From Octopus sinensis (Eukaryota), in the NCBI RefSeq assembly GCF_006345805.1, contig NC_043006.1:22878001-22942000 (forward strand): a stretch of 64,000 bases of DNA. Direction: 5' to 3'. The notes under the pieces were generated by a model. That model saw nothing but the letters and a program-made list of their open reading frames with translations. It was not told where the DNA came from and did no database searches. Every line of letters begins with the position of its first letter. Position 1 is the stretch's first letter. Position numbers and translations under genes: made by a program. Shown here one piece after another: positions 1-12,614 of this stretch.

Positions 1-360
1 ATATGGAAAACATTCCCATAACTATTGATTCATTTTACCTGTAGGCTGAAGATCTCCATTGTTTTGATATGAATCTTGAAGTGGTAAAGTGCAAAGAGAA
101 TACTTCCAAAATGTTCAAATGTCTAAAAATGGTTTGGGGTCTGTCCCAGTTCAGAAAATTTAAACTAAATTGGACTCACCAAAATATCATCTCGAACTGA
201 ATGGTGCTACGAACGGGTCGACTCATTCAATAAATCAAGCAGTAAAATATTACCATCTCAAAACTGATAACTTTGATGTTAATTGTGAAAATTACTTTTT
301 AATTACAGAAATGACATAAGAGGAAAATGCTTTCAGCAATAATAACAACAAATAATATTA

Positions 361-943
361 ATCCTTTCTACTATAGGCACAAGGCCTGAAGTATTGGGGA
401 GAGGGATAGTCGATTATATCGACCTCAGTGTTCCACTGGTACCTAATTCATCGACCCCGAAAGGAAGAAAGGCAAAGTCGACCTCGGCGGAATTTGAACT
501 CAGAACGTAAAGATGGACGAAATACCTATTTCTTTACTACCCACAAGGGGATAAACACAGAGAGGACAAACAAAGACAGACAAACGGATTAAGCCGATTA
601 TATCGACTCCAGTGCGTAACTGGTACTTATTTAATCGACCCCGAAAGGAAGAAAGGCAAAGTCGACTTCGGCGGAATTTGAACTCAGAACGTAAAGATGG
701 ACGAAATACCTATTTCTTTACTACCCACAAGGGGATAAACACAGAGAGGACAAACAAGGACAGACAAACGGATTAAGTCGATTATATCGACCCCAGTGCG
801 TAACTGGTACTTATTTAATCGACCCCGAAAGGATGAAAGGCAAAGTCGATCTCGGCGGAATTTGAACTCGGAACGTAACGGCACACGAAATATGGCTACG
901 CATTTCACCCGGAGTGCTAACGTTTCCGCCAGCTCGCCGCCTT
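361..943 (-). mobile_element. tRNA-derived SINE family A, 3-unit concatemer (one head plus two headless ~184-bp units; terminal unit has the alternative A2 tail)
   Basis: On the minus strand the head reads AGGCGGCGAGCTGGCGGAAACGTTAGC with a B-box-like GAGTTCAAATTCC. The central GTCGACTTTGCCTTTCATCCTTTCGGGGTCGAT block occurs three times; AATACC recurs at 521 and 705 (period 184). Confidence 0.85.
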
Positions 944-1152
944 CTTCGTAATGATAATGACTTCAAATTTCGGTAGGTCAGCAATTTCAGGAGAGGGCGT
1001 AGGTCGATTCAGAAGAAGCCTACGAGTCGCTGTAAACCTGTTTTAAAATGTGAGAAAAGCCTTCATGTAATCATAAGCTGATATCATCTGCTCCTACTGA
1101 GAATTAAATTGTTCGTGCTCAGCTACCTAGCACGAACATAAAGATAATGATG

Positions 1153-1941
<789 letters not shown>

Positions 1942-2329
1942 ATCATTATCTTTATGTGTAATTCAAAGACTTTTATAGTCCTTTACTGCTTAGTGAAGAC
2001 TAGAGTCGGTTGTTTGAAGTTGTTTGAATAGCGAACATCATCGTTGACATGAACTGATGAAATGATACAAGCTCTGTAAAAGAACATGTGATAACATTAT
2101 GCTGTTGCCATTGAAGACGATCAATCAGAGATTAGTCGTGACACGATACCTGATTAAGTAGTATAAATTAAATTACCAATGACTAACAATTCAAAGAGTC
2201 CCTACATACGATTTGGAATACATAAAAACCTTCAGGTTTGCTGCTATTATCGTTAAGTACCACTCGAGTCAAAGTGTTGCTTGCTGGCCGTAGCCATCGC
2301 TCATTATAGTCGGCAGAACACCGAATTGT

Positions 2330-3260
2330 GTGACTCTAGCGGACTTTCTTCTTTTTTTCATTCTTTATTTATTTGACACGTTGCACCTTTCCACTCGAGC
2401 TCATTAAATGGGTGTTATTCCTTCGCGTCTTGGAGCACGCACCTAAGCTCTGACAACGCAATCTTCGTGCTTACCCAAGTGTTGAAGAATTAATTGAGAG
2501 CCAATCGCACCGCAAGCATGTCGGTTGCGATGTCTTTTCTAATTGCCTCTTATAAGTTTATAAGTAGGTTTTCTTCTACTCTAGTTTTATCTATTGTTCC
2601 TTTCTTACTAAACCATATCGATTCTATGCTAATCATTCTTTTTAGCATTCTTTGTTGTTAACGATTTCTCCCGTCAACCTCCGCTCAACTAATTCCTTAA
2701 GCCAGTCTCTGCATGCCGGAAACAATGCGTTCAACTTTCAGTAACCCGAGCTTTGCCTACGAAGCCCACCGCTTTGAAGTTTTGACTATCTACGATATTT
2801 CTATCTACTGGCCTGCAGAATACTCAATCTGTATAAGGTCTGAATGATCCGATGTTGTTTCTTCATATCCACAATGCCACATTCGAGAAATCAAGCCGGT
2901 ACCTATTAGTTGGAAATGTCTGAGCCTGTTTAGGCGGTTCCAGCATCCCCTCTCCTGTCAGCTAGTCCCTCACAATCCTAGCGTGCATCTAAGATGGGAT
3001 ACCAATCATCTACTCGTACTAAAAGGTGTAAGATTCCATAGAGGACCTTTTGACACCTAAAGAAAGCTTGCCACCTAGCCCCTCTTGGAGCGTAGAGGCT
3101 ACTAGTATAAAGGTATAGCCCTCGTTGTTGGATACGTCCAGCATCACTAACCTGCCTTCTGAGTTCACAAAGATGGTCCATTTCAAGAGATCCAGACCTT
3201 TTCGAAGCAACACAGCATCTACATCCCTTGATCCCCTAACATTAAATATATAGGTCACGA
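2330..3260 (-). mobile_element. Decayed L1/Tx1-like LINE remnant (APE fragment plus probable ORF2 C-terminus and A-rich tail)
   Basis: Frameshifted minus-strand peptides AVLLRKGLDL..IFVNSEGRLVMLDV and LYAPRGARWQAFF..VDDWYPILDAR resemble the Tx1 APE motifs VYAP..F and GDWNAILD. The 2330-2760 part is assigned only weakly. Confidence 0.5.
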
Positions 3261-3291
3261 GAGCGTTGAAATTAACAAAGTACAAATATAT

Positions 3292-3567
3292 GGGAAACTA
3301 CCACCTGTATCATCTCTTGTGAAAGGTAGGAGAGTCCAGTTTGCTGGACATTGTTGTAGAGCTGAAAACGAGGCAATTTCTACTCTTCTCCTTTGGAAGC
3401 CATCTACTCGCAATACCAGAGGGCGCACACTTTCCTACCCTGATGTAATCTCCAGGGACACAGGCATCCAGCAACAGGACCTCCGTAATGCTATGATGGA
3501 CCGTGAAGTCTGGCGTAGCATAGTAAATTCCAATGTCTCGATCACGGTCGAACAATGATGATGATGA
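3292..3567 (+). mobile_element. RTE-clade LINE 3' fragment
   Basis: KLPPVSSLVKGRRVQFAGHCCRA..LLWKP..RGRTLSYPDVISRDTG..AMMDREVWRSIV is the typical RTE ORF C-terminus, followed by a (TGA)n tail. Confidence 0.8.
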
Positions 3568-3808
3568 ACAAAGATGGCTTCATCCCACGAAAATAATAGC
3601 TGCGATGTGCTTCAATTACTTTTGATGAATTAACCGAATTTGTGATTAAGATCTACATGTTTTTATACGGAAAAATATTCTTCTTTAAAAAAGCATCAGT
3701 CGAGAAGGTAACATAGCAGAGCAACAGTTGGAATGCTACTATTACAAACCCCCCCACTAGGATAATTTCCAGGCAATTCTACCAACTGCTGTTTATAAGA
3801 AAGAATAT

Positions 3809-4139
3809 GTGGAGGCGCAATGGCCCAGTGGTTAGGGCAGCGGACTCGCGGTCATAGGATCGCGGTTTCGATTCCCAGACCGGGCGTTGTGAGTGTTTAT
3901 TGAGCGAAAACACCTAAAAGCTCCACGAGGCTCAGGCAGGGGATGGTGGTGATCCCTGCTGTACTCTTTCACCACAACTTTCTCTCACTCTTACTTCCTG
4001 TTTCTGTTGTACGTGTATTTCAAGGGGCCGGCCTTGTCACTCTTTGTGTCACGCTGAATATCCCCGAGAACTACGTTAAGGGTACACGTGTCTGTGGAGT
4101 GCTCAGCCACTTACACGTTAATTTCACGAGCAGGCTGTT
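3809..4139 (+). mobile_element. tRNA(Arg)-like SINE family B, 3'-truncated, with TSD
   Basis: A-box TGGCCCAGTGG, TCG anticodon loop, B-box GGTTTCGATTCC. TTATAAGAAAGAATATG is duplicated at 3793-3809 and 4138-4154. Confidence 0.9.
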
Positions 4140-4340
4140 ATAAGAAAGAATATGAAATGTAAATGACTGATTTCTTAGAATATTTTTGATAATTTTCTTT
4201 CTGTCTGACCTTTTCACATCCTTTTCTATTCATATCTTCCGTTCTTTCTTTGTTCCATGTTTTTTATACTGCTAAAGTTAACTCATTTAATCACGTGAAC
4301 ATTAAAAAGTTAATTAGAAATTATTGAGCCGTCATTTTTA

Positions 4341-4757
4341 AGATGGTGAGCTGGCAGAAACGTTAGCACGCCGGGCGAAATGCTTTGCAGTATTTCGTTT
4401 GCAGCTACGTTCTGAGTTTAAATTCCGCCGAGGTCGACTTTGCCTTTCATCCTTTCGGGGTCGATTAAATAAGTACCAGTTATGCACTGGGGTCGATATA
4501 ATCGGCTTAATCCGTTTGTCTGTCCTTGTTTGAATTCTCTGTGTTTAGCCCCTTATGGGTAGTAAAGAAATAGATATTTCGCCTGTCTTTACGTTCTGAG
4601 TCCAAATTCCGCCGAGGTCGACTTTGCCTTTCATCCTTTCGGAGTCGATAAATTAAGTACCAGTTACGCACTGGGGTCGATGTAATCGACTTAATCGCTT
4701 TGTCTGTCTTTGTTTGTCTCCTCTATGTTTAGCCCCTTGTGGGCAACAAAGAAATTA
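4341..4757 (+). mobile_element. SINE family A dimer
   Basis: One head followed by two body/tail units. Confidence 0.85.
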
Positions 4758-4789
4758 GAAATTATTGAGCAGTAAAGAAAACATTATTT

Positions 4790-5830
4790 GTCACTGGTAA
4801 ATATTGGTTTCAAATTTTGGCACAAAGACAGCACTGCCGGGGGAGGGTAAGTCGATTATATCGATCCCCTAGTATTATTTTATCGATCCCGAAAGGATAA
4901 AATAAGCACCAGTTGAGGACTGGGATCGATGTAATCGACCTTCACCCTTCCACGGAATTGCTGGCCTTGTTCCAAAATTTGAAATTAGTGTTAAAGGAAG
5001 GTAAGGCGGTGAGCTGGCAGAATCGTCACCACGCTGGGTAAAATTCTTCGCGGCATGTCGTCCGTCTTGAAGTTCTGAGTTCAAATTCCACCGAAGTCGA
5101 CTTTACCTTGCATCCTTTCGGTGGTTGATAAAATAAGTATTAGTTGAGGACCGGGGTCGACGTTGTCGACTTACTCCTCCCAGAAATGACTAGCCTTGTG
5201 CCAAAATTTTGAACCAGTTTTAAAATCAGGACAAGGTGGGGAACTGACAGAATCGTTAGCACATTGGATAAAAGGTTTAGCAGCATTTCTTTCGATTCTT
5301 TATACTATTAGGTTCTGAGTTCAAACTCCGCCAAAGCCAACCTTTTGTTCTTCGGGAATCTATAAAATACAGTACGATTTGAGTACTGAAGTAAATGTAA
5401 TCAATTTCCCCCTCAAAATTACTGGCCTTGTGCTAAAAAACTGGAGATAATTAGAAAGAATATTGGTTTCAAATATAGGCACAAGGCCAGCAAGTTCAGG
5501 GGAGGGGGTAAGTTGAGTACATTGACCCTAGTGTTCAACTGGTATTTAATTTATCGATCTCCGAAAGGATGAAAGGCAAAGTTGACTTCGACGGAGTTTG
5601 AACTCAGAACGTGATAACGAACGAAATGTCGCTAAGCATTATGCCCGGCATGATCACGATTCTGAATATTAAAGGCATATTAGGGTGGGGTGTTAACAGA
5701 ACCGTCTTAGCATCGAGAAAATGCTTTACGGAATTTGTCTCGATTTTTTACGTTCTAAGTTCAAATTCCACCGACTTCAGATTTTCCTTTCATTTCTCTG
5801 TAAATGATAAAATGAAGTATCAGTTAAGTG
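4790..5830. mobile_element. Cluster of SINE-A (A2-tail) copies: fold-back pair 4798-4990, plus-strand copies ~5003-5220 and ~5235-5440, minus copy ~5461-5660, decayed plus copy ~5690-5830
   Basis: Repeated GGCCTTGTGCCAAAATTTGAAA-type tails and GAGTTCAAATTCC B-boxes in both orientations. Confidence 0.75.
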
Positions 5831-6366
5831 AGTATCTACTAACAGACCCCATCCCCAAGAATTACTGCTTTTGTACCTACATCAAAAACAATGTTAAGGG
5901 TTAGTGCTTATCTCCCTTCTTTATGACGTTGAGCTCTTAGGAATAAGTCTGCCTATGAGTAGGGCACTGTATGATCTTTTATAAATAATTCCTCCTTCCC
6001 AAACTAATATTTACAGGAGGAAGTGAATGTTTCCTTTTGAGCTGACAAACTGCTCATCTCTCAAGTGTACATTTTCAATAATTATGCCCACACTTCATTT
6101 CAATCAATTTGATTGCCGGTCATCATCAATTGTCTCATTAATGGATGTACGCATATATTTCCCCAACTAAGGGCAATAACTTAGAAATGTTCCTACAACA
6201 AATCTCTTCTGAGAATAAAATTATCTAGTGACAGTATGATGAAACAAATCACATTTTTAATGCTTTAAGTAATGTCGAAGTGTACAGCATCTTCTGTTAG
6301 AATAGAGCAATAAAATGCCGTAGTTTTAACGTGTGGCTTTTAAGTCGTTCGAAGTATCTACTAACA

Positions 6367-6739
6367 GTCACTGGTAAATATTGGTTTCAAATTTTGGCAC
6401 AAAGACAGCACTGCCGGGGGAGGGTAAGTCGATTATATCGACCCCCTAGTACTATTTTATCGATCCCGAAAGGATAAAATAAGTACCAGTTGAGCACTGG
6501 GATCGATGTAATCAACCTACACCCTTCCACGGAATTGCTGGCCTTGTTCCAAAATTTGAAATTAGTGTTAAAGGAAGGTAAGGCGGTGAGCTGGCAGAAT
6601 CATTACCACGCTGGGTAAAATTCTTCGCGGCATGTCCGCGGCATGTCCGTCTTAAAGTTCTGAGTTCAAATTCCACCGAAGTCGACTTTACCTTGCATCC
6701 TTTCGGCGGTTGATAAAATAAGTATTAGTTGAGGACCGG
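6367..6739 (+). repeat. Direct duplicate of 4790-5154
   Basis: Near-identical from GTCACTGGTAAATATTGG to GAGGACCGG, including the fold-back junction. Confidence 0.9.
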
Positions 6740-7159
6740 TGTTGACAATGAAGTTTTTGATATCATTGAAGTCTCGTCTTACCGAATTATCAGGTGAAGC
6801 TTATGAGATGTTTGGCTGCTTCAGCGTCTCAGTCTCATCAGTACATACGTTAATACCGTGTTTCGAGTTGCCTCAAAATTTTTAGAAGAAAACACCAGTG
6901 GCCTCTGATATGATTTTTAATTGAGTGCGGGTATTTTTATATATTTATTTATATATTTATATATGTTCTTTCTTCCTATCGTTTAATTTTGTAAACTGTC
7001 TTATTTTCCAACAAATAATTTTGCTTTGTAAACTGTTCTTTTATCGGTTGTTCCTTTTTATTTCAAAGGAAAGAAACTGCATTGCTAAGGTTGATTTATT
7101 TTATTCGTTGGTGATTTGATTTATGCTTAATAGAATGAAGTATATCATATAATCATTAT

Positions 7160-7311
7160 ATGTGGCTCTGTAGTAAGGAGTTTGCTTTCCAACCACACGG
7201 TTCCGGGTTCAGTCACACTTTGTGGCACCTTCAGCAAGTGTCTTCTACTATAGCCTCGGGCCGACCAAAGCCTTGTGAGTGGATTTGGTAGATAGGAACT
7301 GAAAGAAACCA

Positions 7312-7363
<52 letters not shown>

Positions 7364-7724
7364 GAGGCGCAATGGACTCGCGGTCGTAGAATCGCAGTTT
7401 CGATTCCCAGACAGGGCGTTGTAAGTGTTTATTGAGCAAAAACACCTAAAGCTCCACGAAGCTCCGGCAGGGGGTGGGTGGCGAACCCTGCTGTACTCTT
7501 TCACTACAACTTTCTTTCACTCTTTCTTTCTGTTTCTGTTCTACCTGTATTTCAGAGGGCCAGCCTTGTCACACTCTGTGTCACGCTGAGTCTCCCCGAG
7601 AACTACGCTAAGGGTACACGTGTCTGTGGAGTGCTCAGCCACTTGCACGTTAATTTCAAGAGCAGGCTGTTCCATTGATCGGATCAACTGGAACGTTCGT
7701 CGTCGTAAACGACGGAGTGCCACG

Positions 7725-7772
<48 letters not shown>

Positions 7773-8130
7773 TCGACATAGGTGATTCTTTCTTATCTTG
7801 GGATTCACAGTCAAACGGCTGGGTGGATTTGCGCGAAAAATTACATCACCAAAATAAAATAAAACGATCGTTAATTATGCCCTAACTCAATATGCGAGCG
7901 TGCGTGTGCGTATGTGTCTTTGTATATGTGTTTGTCCACCACTCACCACTTGACAACTGGTGTTGGTGTGTTTACGTCCCCATAACCTAGCAGTTCGGTG
8001 AAAGGAACGATAGAATAAGTACCGTGCTTTAATAAAATGTGTCTTGGAGTCGATTCGTTCGACTAAAACACTTCAAAATGGTACACCTGCATGGCCACAG
8101 TCTAATGACTGAAACAAGCAAAAAGATTTA
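7160..8130 (+). mobile_element. CORE-type SINE family C (head 7160-7315, 3' part ~7905-8130) with a family B copy nested at 7364-7722
   Basis: The head carries GGCACCTTCAGCAAGTGTCTTC (CORE-like). The 3' part GACAACTGGTGTTGG..GACTGAAACAAG matches the other C copies. B lies between microsatellites. Confidence 0.75.
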
Positions 8131-8330
8131 AAAAGAAAAAACAGATTTATCTAGTTCGATTTGCCTTTCTCATTTCAGCAATAAAGTTCAATGAAAATAG
8201 ACATAATATGCCGTAGAAGCGGCACTTGTCTATAACAATACAACATTAAATGATATTACAATTCACATCACAAATCTTATTACATGTTTATTCTTTTTTT
8301 TTTTCTTTTATCTTTTTCTTTTTTATTTTT

Positions 8331-8877
8331 CTTCTCTAGGTACAAGGCCCGAAATTTTGGAGGAGGGGGCCAGTCGATTAGATCGACTCCAGTACGCAAC
8401 TGGTTCTTAATTTATCGACCTCGAAAGGATCTAAGGTAAAGCCGACCTCGGCGGGACGAAATACCTATTTCTTTACTACCCACAAGGGGCTAAACACAGA
8501 GAGAACAAACAAGGACAGACAAATGGATTAAGTCGATTATATCGACCCCAGTAACTGGTCCTTAATTTATCGACCCCGAAAGGATGAAAGGCAAAGTTGA
8601 CCTCGGCGGAATTTAAACTCAGAACGTAGCGGCAGACGAAATACCTATTTCTTTACTACCCACAAGGGGCTAAACACAGAGGGAACAAACAAGGACAGAC
8701 AAACGGATTAAGTCGATTATATCGATCCCAGTGCGTAACTGGTCCTTAATTTATCGACCCCGAAAGGATGAAAGGCAAAGTCGACCTCGGCGAAATTTGA
8801 ACTAAGAACGTAGCGGCAGACGAAATACCGCAAAGCATTTTGCCCGGCGTGCAAACGTTTCTACCAGCTCGCCGCCT
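8331..8877 (-). mobile_element. SINE family A trimer, terminal unit with an A2-type tail
   Basis: Same architecture as 361-943; the terminal unit is partly deleted. Confidence 0.85.
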
Positions 8878-9689
8878 TTGATTTCATGTTTATTACCGAT
8901 GCTTCCATATTGAATAATTAAAAAAGAATCATTTTCTAGACAAGAGGGAAGCAAATGTAAATGATTCCGTATAGGGCCTCCGTGACTGCTGGGAATGAAA
9001 AAGGAAGGGAGCGAAGGATAGAAGCTGATATTCTCAAACCAGAAACTTGGCCCAAATTCTCGTAACAAAGTGGATTTTGCTAAAAACACCCAAAGTGTCA
9101 GGTGTTGGTGTTAAATTCGACGACCGATTATGTTTGCCATTTGAGATCGCTATGGCGAGATTTGAACACGGGACGCGAAGAGCGGGAACAAATATCATTA
9201 GGCCTCCGATTTAATGGTTTTGCAGTTCCGCCAATCCTCCATCCTAGATAGGTACATTTTAATTGGCCCCGAAAGGATGAAAGGCAAAAACGACCCCGGT
9301 GAGATTCGAACTCAAGATTTTATCCGACGTTCTAGCGACTCTATCAAGTCGTATAATGTCCACTGATCTTGCTTTCTTGTGGAAAAAACAAAAAGAAAAA
9401 AAGATGGAACTATTATTATTTAGATCATGAATAACACAAAAATAATTCAATAGAGTCCCTAATTATGACGTCATTGTCCTGATAAAAAAGAAAAACACAA
9501 TCCCCTTAACAACAGCCTTGCTTTGAATCGGTCATTCACCGATATCGTAAAATAGAATGTAGGTCATGCGAAAGCAGAAAATAACAAAGATGGCTTTAAG
9601 CCACAAAAATAACTTGATGAGATTGCTTCTGATAAGATGACTAAGATAACCAAATTGGGAAGTACGAGTTATATTTGGATAAACATTTT

Positions 9690-10106
9690 GGATCTTTTCG
9701 GTTTGAACGGCAGTTTTTAACATAATTTCCACGTAACTAAACACTTTTAAACTTCGTATACTGCTAGAATGTGTTTATAAAACATCTTTTTCTTTTGGCT
9801 TTATTGAGAAAATTCTATAGTTTGCAAGATATTTGTTTTGTTTTTTTCTTCAATTTCTGCAATTTCAACCAATCAATTACGTGTATTGAGGTAAAAAGCA
9901 TTCTGTGCCGTATGAATATGTCCCTCGTTTAAGAAACAGATTGGGTTTATTTACATTTGTGAAGAAAAAAGATACCCTTCCCCCCACCCCGAACCCTAAC
10001 CCTAAAAGAGATTGAAATGCAATAGATCGATTCTAGGGTCATAATTATGGGTGACAATTTCATATGACACCGCAAGAAAAAACTGCCGTTCAAACCGTAA
10101 AGTTCC
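9690..10106 (+). mobile_element. ~420-bp MITE (family F) with ~29-bp TIRs and 8-bp TSD AACATTTT
   Basis: GGATCTTTTCGGTTTGAACGGCAGTTTTT ... AAAAACTGCCGTTCAAACCGTAAAGTTCC; TSD at 9682-9689 and 10107-10114. Confidence 0.9.
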
Positions 10107-10413
10107 AACATTTTTTTTAAAGAAAATTATTCTTCCATATAAAAAAATATATAAATTGAGCAAGTAATAACGTAGCATAGAAATAAAATATTGTCTTTTC
10201 AACACAACCACCACCCGCAACTCCCAAGAAAATTCCAGAAAATTTTACCTATTGTTGTTCAGATGCATATGTGTCCCTGTAATTAAGAAGTTCGTTTTGC
10301 AACTATTTGATATCAGGTTCGGTCTTACTGCAGGGCACTCTGGACGTGTGTATTTTTCTACGGGGCCTATTTGGCCCTTACAAAAGGGGATAGGTTCGTG
10401 TGATAACAATATA

Positions 10414-10646
10414 TATTTCTTTATTGCCCACAAGGGGCTAAACATAGAGGGTACAAACAAGGACAGACAAAGGGATTTAGTCGATTAAATCGACCCCATT
10501 GCAAAACTGGTACATTATTTATCGACCCCGAAAGGATGAAAGACAAAGTCGAACTCGGCCGAATTTGAACTCAGAACGTAACGATAGACAAAATACCGCT
10601 AAGCATTTCGCCCGGCGCGCTAACGTGTCTGCCAGCTCGCCGCCTT
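10414..10646 (-). mobile_element. SINE family A monomer
   Basis: Full head, body and A1 tail. Confidence 0.85.
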
Positions 10647-11175
10647 TCATGTGATAATAATATATATCACACAGAACGGTGGGCCTGCTTGATATATGCC
10701 CAGAGATCAACCCCCTTTCTGTGACATGTATGCCAAAATCATAGAACCATATAAAGTGTCGTTTCTCTCAAATTTTGATGTTAAGCTTTCAATAGCACAG
10801 TTTAATAATTTACCATACTCACAACCCTCTTTAAAAATGTCAAATACCATTTCTTTGTTTTTGTCTTTTTTCTGAAAAAGGAAAAGAAAAGTATTTTAAA
10901 ACATTACTATTAAGTGGGCTTTGCTTTTCAAGTTCATATCCTGCCCATTCAATGAAACATCGCACACTATTTTTTCAGTCTTCACATTCCTGTTAAATTT
11001 CCACCCGCTGATCTGAAGTACTCATTGAGTTATGTACTTTTGGTAGATCTGTAAATAGATCTCCCAAAAGTACAGTCTGAAAATACTTGGATAAAAAAGT
11101 TGTTAGATTAGAAGCCTGAAGACATGTAAACGCTGTTATCATTTATCTCATATTTTAGAACTTCTTTATGAAACC

Positions 11176-12205
11176 CTAGCAAACGCACCCGTCCTTTCGA
11201 CGGTTTAAGTTGCTTTGATAGTATTTTTTTCACCAAATAACTGAACTACCGAGAAGGTTTATGAGAAGGTTTATGAAATTAAAGGCTGCTTATTGTGGAA
11301 GTCGTCGCACTTTAATGATCATAGAACATATAAGTTTGCAAGCGATGCAAAGTAGAGCTACTGAAGAGTTTTGGGAGCAGATTACGGAAAATGACTACAA
11401 AATATAGTTGTTTTACACGAAAGCGAAATTTCTTGTCAGAAACAGCCACATAATTGGAGTGAGGAAATTGAAGGAAGACGTTGAAGCTTCCCCTCTGCGA
11501 GTTTATTTTATTCAGTAGGAAAAAGAGCTCTTTTTTTCGGAGAGATAAGCTAACAAAAGCCCCTTTATTCTGTTTTCTCTCGTAGCCTGCGCATAAACTA
11601 ACAGCGAATGCCGCATAAAGTTAAATTGGTATGGAGCTTTCTGAAAGATACGTATAACTTTCGCTAGTGGAAACAAAACTCTTATTTAAAGGTTGATTCT
11701 TTGGGACGAATCATATGAGATGGTTTAAAAAAGACTAGAACGGCAATGCTTAAACGTATTTGAAACAATAGACAACAGTCGAAATATCCTAATGGATGGG
11801 TAAATAAGCATACTTAAAGTGAATCAATGGTATCAAAGGTAAACAAAGGTATCAAGAATTACAACAGAGGGAAGGGAACATCACCTTTCAAGTAACTGAG
11901 AATAGTTAAAGGTAAACTTGGCAAAGTTTAATGCATTTTAAATATGTAGAATAAGACAGTTTGTACTGGACATTCATCGCGTATAGTGTTCCTAGTCAAT
12001 TGAATCACCGTTGGAAATAAATAGACAAAACCCTTTCAATTTTATAAAAAGATTAAAAGAGTATTGAAGACCCTACATACAAAAAAACTATATCTTTTTG
12101 CTCTATTTACGCGGGATCTCGTAAAGTTTCGAGAAAATCGGTTGAGAATTGTGGAAGTGCATGGGTTAGTCATTGCACACACAAACTACGATTTATATAT
12201 ACAAT
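11176..12205 (-). mobile_element. Putative non-autonomous Helitron-like element inside the duplication
   Basis: The minus-strand 3' end reads CCGTC-GAAAG-GACGG hairpin, then GTGCGTTTG, then CTAG. The 5' region TATATAAATCGTAGTTTGTGTGTG..AACCGATTTT is Helitron-like. The 5' TC was not resolved. Confidence 0.55.
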
Positions 12206-12409
12206 ATATCAACATGAATGCTCTTATTATTGTCTCATATTTCAGATTTTATGCTTATACATCTGACAAGAAATTTTCTGCTTCTGTAAAATTGCATCTC
12301 TATATACAAGGAGTTTTGTGTATTTTTCAATGCTTTATCTACCTAATGTTCTTTACCGATGATTTGTAAACGACACTGATCGTTTTATAAATATGTGAGT
12401 GTGTGTGTA

Positions 12410-12451
12410 CAGTCCGATGAAGGCTAACAGGCGGTAACTTCGAAGTTACTG
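12410..12451 (+). ncRNA. Degenerate minimal type-I hammerhead motif (duplicate at 18796-18837)
   Basis: CAGT-CCGATGA-A-GGC..GC-GGTAAC-TTCGAA-GT-T-ACTG: 4-bp stem I and palindromic stem III; GAAA is mutated. Confidence 0.35.
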
Positions 12452-12476
12452 CTACCTCTATTCTTGTAAAGTTATA

Positions 12477-12518
<42 letters not shown>

Positions 12519-12543
12519 ACATATATATATGCATGTATGTATG

Positions 12544-12575
<32 letters not shown>

Positions 12576-12579
12576 TGTA

Positions 12580-12614
<35 letters not shown>

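Noticed and set aside
361-943. CRISPR-like regular repeats
   Set aside because: The units are ~180-bp SINE bodies with no unique spacers and no cas genes; the context is eukaryotic.
3809-3885. tRNA-Arg gene (also 24364, 53401)
   Set aside because: The acceptor stem does not pair and the sequence continues into a SINE body with a TSD; it is a SINE head.
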